From sequence record OP495736.1: 42,234 nt of DNA. The stretch is one strand, 5' to 3'. A model generated the notes under the pieces. That model did no database searches, was not told the DNA's origin, and was given only the letters and a program-made list of their open reading frames with translations. Positions 36,090 through 42,234 of the stretch are shown here, piece after piece. This DNA comes from Klebsiella phage vB_KmiS-Kmi2C. The number at the start of each line of letters is the position of its first letter. Within the stretch, counting starts at the first letter, position 1. The position numbers and the translations under genes are program-made.

Positions 36090-38402
36090 TCATATCCCAA
36101 ACGCTTTTGGGTTTGATATTGAAAACGCTCTTTGTGCGGTTCCGTATTCGGTTACTAGCTTCGGCTTTGATATCTCTAACAAATCCCCCCTATCCATCAT
36201 AGTCTGAAGCGCTTTCTTAATGGCATTCGTTGCCCCGGTTCGGTCTTTCTTAAAGTGAACGTTTCGCGCTAACTTCTTATGAAGGTATGCGTAAGGAATG
36301 ATGCGTTCACTATGCAATCTGGCGTTAGCTTCCCCGGCGTAAGGTTTGACTTCTGACCAGCTAGCAGTAACGTAGGTTTTAACGATTTCGCAAAGCTTAG
36401 AAATTTGTTGCGTTTCTTCGTTGTTAACGCCTACTTCGCCCATATCAAAGCGACGCATAATGTTATTAGCATCGGCTAAAACAAGGTTAATCGCCCATGT
36501 TGCCATATCGGAATTAATAACCGGGTCATAAGGGTTACATCCAACGGCTATCAATGCCGAAAGCTTAAGCGCTTTAATGTGGGCGCGGTTCCATAGTTCC
36601 GAGTTAACTTGATTGTTACTAGCCCTCATATTGTCATCGACATACAAGTTAAACTGTTTAAGCATTTGCGTAGCGTTTTCGTCTAACTGAACTTCTATCG
36701 CCTTATGTTGGTTGTTCAGGTTAAGGCAGTTAGCGCAAACTTGAGCGGTTTTATCAATCAAATCAAATTCAGGCCTTACATGTAAATGATTTTCGTTTAA
36801 ATACGGGCGTTTTCCATAGTATTCAATAATGGTAAAACGTGGTAACAATCCTTCGGTAATCATTCCTTCGTGTAAACCTTCGTAAAATCTTTCGGGCGTC
36901 GATTCACCTAACAACGTTACAGCCGGGGCTAAAATGTTATCTGTATTCTTTTCTCTATCGCTATAGATACTTTGCTTTAACATTTTTCCGTTACCGGATT
37001 TGTTATAGATATCGAGCAACATTCTACGCAAACCTAACATATGCGGCGAAGCGTTCACACTTCCCATTTGTTGTAAATGCAAACCAAATTCGCCAATCGT
37101 ACTAACAAAGCTTTTAGATGATTTCGACAAATATTTAATTAATGCTTGCGGCGAATTTATTTCTCCCGGCCCTATAAATTCCATCGCCGAAGGAACCATT
37201 TTAACAACTTCTCGCATTATTAAATCGATACCACTTGAAATAGCTTCTTTACCCGTACCAGTACCAGCGAGCAATAAAACATATTGGTTAAGGCCAGTAC
37301 CGGAAATGTTGTAAGCCCTGCCCACAATACCAGCAAACAAACCTATTGCCCCGGCTAAAGCAATTTCGGGAACCGGGCGAGGTGCGGCAGCGTAAATAAA
37401 CTGCGCTATTTCTCCTACCAGACCAGGCGGAACGGTAAACGCCGAGGTTACAGGCGTCGCAACTTCCGTAACATTTTGCGGGATAGCTTCAGCGATTTGC
37501 GATTGTGGAATATCGGCATTTTGCATCCTTTTTTCGATTATAGCGTTTATCTGGTCGCGTAGCCCTTCGATATCAACAGGCGGCAACATACGGTCAAAAC
37601 ATTTATCAAGCGCATATTTTAATCGATATTCGGCGCGGGATTTTTCGCGCTGGCCTAGCATAGAAGCTAAAAATAATTTTTTTACTTGTGCCCGGTTTTC
37701 ACTATAGAAAGCGATAATATCAATTAAAGCTAAATCGGCTTCAGATTGCGAAGGATAGTATTTTTGCCAGTTTCCATTGTCGTATAATTCTATGAATTTT
37801 TCGGCGTTTGCAGCATTACGCGCCATAGACATAACTTCTTCGTCAGTTCGTTTAGCTTTGTCTAATCCAGCGTAGTATGCTGTAGCGTTTGGCCCTTTGC
37901 CCATTTGAAGCCACAACGCATTGAATAGCGAATCGTAATCTTTAATGCTTTCATTACGGAAAATGTTTCCCGTCATCGTCATAAAACGAAGATTCGAATA
38001 TACTTCAATCGACGAACGTTTACGGCCTGAAGGAATGGAACCCTTAATAATGATATGTAATCCGGTGCCACTCGGCGAGCGTTCAGCATAAGAAACGAAT
38101 TCGTTATAGATTCGTAATTGTCTATCTGCGTTACCCTGATCGCCTTTAGTATCGTCTAAGTCAATAAATCCGTAAGGGTCATTTTCAGTTAAAACGAATC
38201 CTAATCCTGAATACATGCCAGAATTAAGAGCGCCTAAAGCGTCGTGATAGCTTCCCCATGTAGAAGAATCGTTAACCTTAGCCATTCTTCCATTTATAGG
38301 GGAGTAAGGAATCTTAGTCGGTTTGTCGCCTTCGGATTCTTCGAAGCGCCAAACAACCCATTGGTTATAAGCCCGCATTTCTACGGGAATGTTATCGAAC
38401 AT
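36090..38402 (-). CDS. Bifunctional primase-polymerase / SF3 (D5-like) helicase with a C-terminal putative DNA-binding domain
   Basis: The N-terminal prim-pol region WVVWRFEESEGDKPTKIPYSP...GLGFVLTENDPYGFIDLDD resembles that of P4-alpha/D5-like primases. Walker A LLLAGTGTGKE. The C-terminal 60 aa are shared with ORF 32780..33424. Confidence 0.75.
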   Translation of the reverse strand: MFDNIPVEMRAYNQWVVWRFEESEGDKPTKIPYSPINGRMAKVNDSSTWGSYHDALGALNSGMYSGLGFVLTENDPYGFIDLDDTKGDQGNADRQLRIYNEFVSYAERSPSGTGLHIIIKGSIPSGRKRSSIEVYSNLRFMTMTGNIFRNESIKDYDSLFNALWLQMGKGPNATAYYAGLDKAKRTDEEVMSMARNAANAEKFIELYDNGNWQKYYPSQSEADLALIDIIAFYSENRAQVKKLFLASMLGQREKSRAEYRLKYALDKCFDRMLPPVDIEGLRDQINAIIEKRMQNADIPQSQIAEAIPQNVTEVATPVTSAFTVPPGLVGEIAQFIYAAAPRPVPEIALAGAIGLFAGIVGRAYNISGTGLNQYVLLLAGTGTGKEAISSGIDLIMREVVKMVPSAMEFIGPGEINSPQALIKYLSKSSKSFVSTIGEFGLHLQQMGSVNASPHMLGLRRMLLDIYNKSGNGKMLKQSIYSDREKNTDNILAPAVTLLGESTPERFYEGLHEGMITEGLLPRFTIIEYYGKRPYLNENHLHVRPEFDLIDKTAQVCANCLNLNNQHKAIEVQLDENATQMLKQFNLYVDDNMRASNNQVNSELWNRAHIKALKLSALIAVGCNPYDPVINSDMATWAINLVLADANNIMRRFDMGEVGVNNEETQQISKLCEIVKTYVTASWSEVKPYAGEANARLHSERIIPYAYLHKKLARNVHFKKDRTGATNAIKKALQTMMDRGDLLEISKPKLVTEYGTAQRAFSISNPKAFGI

Positions 38403-38403
38403 G

Positions 38404-38622
38404 TTAAGCGCCTTTGTTAGCAGTTTCTTTTAAGTAGTCGCGTAATGCTTCGATTGAGTTAACGCCGGGGTTTTTAATCTTGCCTGTTTCTACTCCGCTA
38501 ATCCAACCTACCGACAAATCAAGCTCTTTAGCGATAATGGCGTTAGTTAACCACTTTGGGCGATTCGATAACAGATTTCGCGTTTCATCCAGTAAGGAAG
38601 GTTTTTTAATTTTATTTGACAT
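38404..38622 (-). CDS. XRE/Cro-type helix-turn-helix transcriptional regulator
   Basis: LTNAIIAKELDLSVGWISGVETGKIKNPGVNSIEAL has an HTH_XRE-like pattern. The gene is translationally coupled to the primase and divergent from the plus-arm promoter. Confidence 0.55.
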   Translation of the reverse strand: MSNKIKKPSLLDETRNLLSNRPKWLTNAIIAKELDLSVGWISGVETGKIKNPGVNSIEALRDYLKETANKGA

Positions 38623-38707
38623 TTCAACGCCTTGTGTAAAATGTGGGCTTATTCATTGCAGTAACTATAGCCGATTAAAATTTTATACGCAAGATACAAA
38701 ATAATGA

Positions 38708-38736
38708 TTGACATACGGCGGCAGGAGGTCTAATCT
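38708..38736 (+). promoter_or_regulatory. Sigma70-like promoter for the plus-strand recombination/replication operon
   Basis: TTGACA, 17 nt, TAATCT. RBS aagga lies 8 nt before ATG 38785. Confidence 0.5.
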
Positions 38737-38784
38737 TACACACATCGAAAGCAAACCCGAAACCTAACACAAGGATATAACGAT

Positions 38785-39222
38785 ATGTTTAACATGAATC
38801 CAAACGCAAACCGCGACGCTTTGTTAACCAAATGGCAAGAAGCTAAAAACGCTTTAGATGCTGCAAAGGCTATCGAAGCTGATTTACGCCGTGAAGTTAT
38901 GGAAACCCTGTATAACTTCGACGAAAACGAATTGCGTGAAGGTACTGAAAACATCGAATTGGGTAACGGCTATATTGCTAAAGCCGTGTTTAAAACTTCG
39001 TACAAACTTACTAATGACGTTGACGCGATGTTAGACAAACTCGAAACCACTAGCGAAGAAGGTAAATTTATCGCTGACCGTCTCGTTAAATTTAAACCTG
39101 AACTTTCTGTTACTGAATACAAAAACCTTCCGGCTAATCTCCGCTCTATCGTAAACATGGCGGTCGTAACTAAGCCAGCCATACCAAGCTTTGAAATTGT
39201 CGCACCAAAAGCGAAAAAATAA
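38785..39222 (+). CDS. Coiled-coil protein of the recombination module. It is tentatively Gp157-like.
   Basis: 145 aa with an N-terminal coiled coil. First gene of the Sak4/SSB module. The family assignment comes from memory only. Confidence 0.3.
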   Translation: MFNMNPNANRDALLTKWQEAKNALDAAKAIEADLRREVMETLYNFDENELREGTENIELGNGYIAKAVFKTSYKLTNDVDAMLDKLETTSEEGKFIADRLVKFKPELSVTEYKNLPANLRSIVNMAVVTKPAIPSFEIVAPKAKK

Positions 39223-39269
39223 TCGACTAGCCGCCTGAAATACGGCGGCAATATTTGAGGTTAAATAAC

Positions 39270-39704
39270 ATGAGTGACATTATTCTATACGCCAACGGCA
39301 AACCGTGTTCAGGTAAAACACGTTTACTTAACGAAATTAAAAACAAGTTGTCAAACGAATATTTATTTGTTGAAACAGGCGAACACTCTTTATCATGCAA
39401 AAAATTAGATTACGCTATTGTAGACAAAGCCCACATTAAAAATTCACACAAATTTAAAAAGAAACCTGTAGAAATTGAAGCTTTTAAGCTTTCAAATGTT
39501 TTTGAAATTGGTAGTACACCAGTTTGGTTTTCTGAAGCTGTAGTAAATGGCATCGCTATTTTTAATGACGATGGGACATTTACTATAAAAACTTTAGAAG
39601 GCGATCATTTAGCTAAAATTGGTGATTACATCATACAGGGCGTAAAAGGTGAATTATACCCATGTAAGCCGGATATTTTTGAACTAACCTACGAAAAGGC
39701 TTAA
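39270..39704 (+). CDS. Small protein with an N-terminal P-loop-like GKPCSGKT; function unknown
   Basis: ATG 39270 sits 9 nt after TGAGG. 144 aa is too small for a canonical NTPase. Confidence 0.4.
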   Translation: MSDIILYANGKPCSGKTRLLNEIKNKLSNEYLFVETGEHSLSCKKLDYAIVDKAHIKNSHKFKKKPVEIEAFKLSNVFEIGSTPVWFSEAVVNGIAIFNDDGTFTIKTLEGDHLAKIGDYIIQGVKGELYPCKPDIFELTYEKA

Positions 39705-39706
39705 TA

Positions 39707-40414
39707 ATGAATGTTCGCGATTTGCAACCATCCGGTAATCTTGCTAAGAAATTCGGCGTTAAGTCGATTGTTTACGGCAAGGCCGGAATTGGTAAAACGC
39801 CGATTGTTCAAACTGCACCGCGCCCGGTATTACTTGCTGCTGAACCGGGTTTGTTATCCATGAAAGGGACTAATATTCCGACATGGGAATGTTACGATAT
39901 TAATAATCCGACTGATACAAAAAAATCATATAACAGGGTTATTGAATTTTTTGATTGGTTTTTCCGTTCTAATGAGTCGAAAAATTTTGATACTCTAGCT
40001 ATTGATAGTTTGTCGCAAATTTGCGAAATTATTTTACGTTACGAATTAGGGCGTAATAAAGATGGGCGAAAAGCTTACGGCGAATTATCCCGCTTTATTA
40101 TGGAAAGTATTTGCGAACCTTTATACTATATGCCTAATAAGCATTTGTATTTAATTTGCAAACAATCTGTAAATGACGAAAACGGGCAAGCTGTCAAATG
40201 TCCGTATTTTCCGGGGCAAGATTTAAACGTTAAAATTCCGCATTTATTTGATGAAATTTTGCATTTAGATGAATATAATATTCCCGGTGTAGGTAAACAA
40301 GTCGCTTTTCGTTGTAAGCCGAGTTTTGATACTAAAGCTCGCGATAGAAGCGGTATGTTAAACGAGTTCGAACCGCCAAACCTCGGCAATATTTTTGCCA
40401 AATGTTCACAATAG
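39707..40414 (+). CDS. Sak4-like RecA-fold recombination ATPase (AAA_24 type)
   Basis: Walker A YGKAGIGKT near the N-terminus. Walker B TLAIDSLS. About 235 aa. Adjacent to an SSB-like gene. Confidence 0.65.
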   Translation: MNVRDLQPSGNLAKKFGVKSIVYGKAGIGKTPIVQTAPRPVLLAAEPGLLSMKGTNIPTWECYDINNPTDTKKSYNRVIEFFDWFFRSNESKNFDTLAIDSLSQICEIILRYELGRNKDGRKAYGELSRFIMESICEPLYYMPNKHLYLICKQSVNDENGQAVKCPYFPGQDLNVKIPHLFDEILHLDEYNIPGVGKQVAFRCKPSFDTKARDRSGMLNEFEPPNLGNIFAKCSQ

Positions 40415-40443
40415 TAATTAACGTTAATTAAGGAATTAAAAAC

Positions 40444-41178
40444 ATGGCCCAATTAATCAGCCCATTCAACCCGAATAACTACAACCCGGAACAAAGCGCT
40501 GGGCAAATGCCTATCGGTAAACATCCGGTAGTTATTGAAAGTTCTGAAGTAAAAGCAAATAAAGCTAATGACGGCGGGTATTTGCAATTTAATTTAAAAA
40601 TTATTGACGGCCCTAATGCTGGTATTACTGGCCCTTATCGCCTTAATCTTTATCACGCTGACCAAACTACTTGTGAAATTGCTAATCGCCAGCTTTCGGC
40701 AGTTTGCCACGTTGTTAATGTTTTCGGTGATTTGACAACTACCGATCCGCTTCACAATATTCCTTTTATTGTCGAAGTAGCTCCACAGAAAAAAGACCCG
40801 CAATATACGCAAGTTGTTAAAGTATTCGATATTAACGGCAACGAACCGGGCAAAGCGCCAGCAGGTCAGGCACAAACCCAACAAGCGCAACAGCCCACAC
40901 AAGGCGGCGCTGGTCAACAGTGGGGCGGTCAACAGCAACAACCAGCTAACAACGGCGGTTGGGGCCAGCCTCCGGCAAACAATGGTCATCAACAGCCGCA
41001 AGGCCAGCCGGAACAACAGCCTAACGGCGGTCAGCAATGGGGAGCGCCAGCAGGGGGCCAGCAACCAGCATGGGGGCAGGGTAGCCAGCAAACGCAACAG
41101 CCGCAAGGCGGCGCTAATAACTGGCAGCAACAACCAGCTAACGGCAATGCTGGCGGGGTTCCGTGGGGCCAGAAGTAA
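40444..41178 (+). CDS. SSB-like protein. Its long Gln/Gly/Pro-rich C-terminal tail carries WG repeats and lacks an acidic tip.
   Basis: N-terminal domain of about 140 aa, then QQWGGQ..GGWGQP..QQWGAP..PAWGQG..NNWQQQ..VPWGQK. In composition the tail resembles the E. coli SSB linker GGWGQPQQPQGG. Confidence 0.5.
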   Translation: MAQLISPFNPNNYNPEQSAGQMPIGKHPVVIESSEVKANKANDGGYLQFNLKIIDGPNAGITGPYRLNLYHADQTTCEIANRQLSAVCHVVNVFGDLTTTDPLHNIPFIVEVAPQKKDPQYTQVVKVFDINGNEPGKAPAGQAQTQQAQQPTQGGAGQQWGGQQQQPANNGGWGQPPANNGHQQPQGQPEQQPNGGQQWGAPAGGQQPAWGQGSQQTQQPQGGANNWQQQPANGNAGGVPWGQK

Positions 41179-41225
41179 TCCAATCGATAGGGGCAAGGAT
41201 GCCCCATTTTTAAAGGCTATTCATT

Positions 41226-41729
41226 ATGGGCAAATATCAAGATGTTTTACCCGCGCCTAATTCTTGTGATTGTTGCGGGTCAAAGAGAATAGTTTTTATC
41301 AAGTCTGACCGTAAAATTAAATCTACGCAATGGCCTTATATTTGGTTTTGCAAATCTTGTAAAGCTTCCGTTTTTTGTCATCCTGAAACTAATAACCCTT
41401 TAGGCTACATGGCCGATTCTAAAACAAGATTATTGCGTAGAATTTTACATATTAAATTCGATGTTATATGGAAATCTGGTAAACTAGGACGGCGCGATAG
41501 CTATAGATGGTTAGCGCTAAAGCTAAACATTCCTTTTGACAATTGCCATATTTCATGGCTAACGCCGAGGCAATTAAAAAGCGCTATTTCGATTGTAGAA
41601 GATTTTTTAAACACTCAAGAAACAGAAAATAAGGTAAATAAAAATGAGCGAAAACGAAGAAAAGAAAAATACAAACGAGATAGATTTAAATACAAAAGGG
41701 GTTATGTCACAACTTTCGAAACAGATTAA
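41226..41729 (+). CDS. Zinc-ribbon protein with a highly basic C-terminus
   Basis: CDCCGS...CKSCKASVFCH. Tail ERKRRKEKYKRDRFKYKRGY. Confidence 0.45.
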   Translation: MGKYQDVLPAPNSCDCCGSKRIVFIKSDRKIKSTQWPYIWFCKSCKASVFCHPETNNPLGYMADSKTRLLRRILHIKFDVIWKSGKLGRRDSYRWLALKLNIPFDNCHISWLTPRQLKSAISIVEDFLNTQETENKVNKNERKRRKEKYKRDRFKYKRGYVTTFETD

Positions 41730-42234
41730 ATCTGATATCGACGAATATTGCGAAAAGAAATTTGATGATGGTTTTCGCTGGCATTTAGGCGCGTCGTTAA
41801 TTGGTCACGAATGCAAACGATATTTGTTTTATGTGTTTCGCTGGTGCTTCAAAGAAAAATTCGATGGGAGAATGCAACGCCTGTTTAATCGTGGGCATCG
41901 CGAAGAAGAACGTTTTATCGAATGGTTAGAAGGTATTGGCTTTACTGTTTACGCTGACGATTGGTCTAATTGGTCATTATATTGGCATAGTGAAAGCGAT
42001 TCCTATTTTGTTGATAAAAAGGATATTGATTTACATGCTGGCGGGTATGATTTGGTAGATGTTACCGACAACGAAATCCATAGAAAAATAGCTAAAGCTA
42101 TGGGGGTTAAGTTTAAACAATATCGTATAAGCGAAGTTAACGGGCATTTCGGCGGGTCGCTGGATGGAATAGGCATTGCCCCGGAACGATACGGAATTAG
42201 AGAACCGCTGTTACTTGAATTTAAAACTAACGGC
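41644..42234 (+). CDS. Cas4/RecB-like PD-(D/E)xK exonuclease, N-terminal part. The gene continues at 3..533 across the contig junction. The full protein is about 348 aa.
   Basis: Open frame with no stop to the window end: MSENEEKK...GGSLDGIG...LLEFKTNG. The RecB-type motifs D and ExK are present. The ATG at 41644 lies downstream of an aagg motif. It overlaps the 3' end of the upstream ORF by 86 nt. Confidence 0.6.
   Translation, partial: MSENEEKKNTNEIDLNTKGVMSQLSKQIKSDIDEYCEKKFDDGFRWHLGASLIGHECKRYLFYVFRWCFKEKFDGRMQRLFNRGHREEERFIEWLEGIGFTVYADDWSNWSLYWHSESDSYFVDKKDIDLHAGGYDLVDVTDNEIHRKIAKAMGVKFKQYRISEVNGHFGGSLDGIGIAPERYGIREPLLLEFKTNG
42158..42234. repeat. Second copy of the 77-nt terminal direct repeat
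   Basis: Identical to 1..77. Confidence 0.9.

Noticed and set aside
38627-38747. 7-bp inverted repeat TGTGTAA ... TTACACA flanking the divergent promoters, a possible operator pair
   Set aside because: A 7-mer inverted repeat is expected by chance in 160 bp of AT-rich DNA. There is no further symmetry.
40594-41260. Two long ORFs (200 aa minus strand, 148 aa plus strand in an alternate frame) over the SSB tail region
   Set aside because: They arise from the repetitive CAG/CAA/GGC-rich DNA that encodes the Q/G-rich tail. Their proteins are low-complexity, Leu/Arg-rich on the minus strand and Ala/Asn/Ser-rich on the plus strand.
1-42234. Search for tRNA genes, CRISPR repeats, an integrase or attP, a reverse transcriptase or DGR, and methyltransferases
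   Set aside because: No tRNA T-arm or anticodon-stem signatures outside coding frames. No spaced direct-repeat arrays. No tyrosine or serine recombinase motifs. No RT YxDD motif. None are reported.

Overview
The window is a complete ~42.16-kb genome of a tailed dsDNA phage, siphovirus-like. It has an HK97-type head module and a lambda-like tail tip, with genes resembling M, L, K and a J-like protein plus a pectate-lyase-fold tailspike. The first 77 nt (1..77) are identical to the last 77 nt (42158..42234). That overlap is the kind left at the ends of a circular or circularly permuted contig by assembly, so the unique length is 42,157 bp. A Cas4-like nuclease gene runs off the 3' end of the window and continues at the 5' end.

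The genome has two transcription arms. A divergent promoter region (38623..38784) starts them and a bidirectional terminator (5277..5305) ends them.

The plus arm (38785 -> wrap -> 5271) is the recombination/replication module. In order it encodes a coiled-coil protein, a small P-loop-like protein, a Sak4-like AAA_24 ATPase, an SSB-like protein with a Q/G-rich WG-repeat tail, a zinc-ribbon protein, the Cas4-like PD-(D/E)xK nuclease, an SF2 DEAH helicase, a DnaN-like beta-clamp that ends in the SSB C-terminal motif DDDIPF, and a compact family-B DNA polymerase.

The minus arm (38622 -> 5304) encodes the following, in order:
- an XRE-type HTH regulator;
- a prim-pol/SF3 primase-helicase;
- a BRCT-domain protein;
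- about 20 small early ORFs, among them a VRR-NUC nuclease, acidic proteins, zinc-ribbon proteins and small membrane proteins;
- a GC-rich secreted moron with its own promoter and terminator;
- a lysis cassette of two holin-like proteins, a GH24 endolysin and overlapping i-/o-spanins;
- the packaging genes (TerS, TerL, portal);
- the head genes (scaffold, GC-rich MCP, connector);
- the tail genes: a 513-aa major tail protein, G/G-T tail-assembly chaperones with an A_AAA_AAC -1 slippery site, a 1128-aa tape measure, M/L/K-like proteins, an 852-aa J-like protein, the tailspike and a tail fiber.

I found no tRNA, CRISPR array, integrase or reverse transcriptase. Overall composition looks AT-rich by eye (roughly 40% GC), with a few clearly GC-richer islands: the MCP, the moron and the SSB tail.
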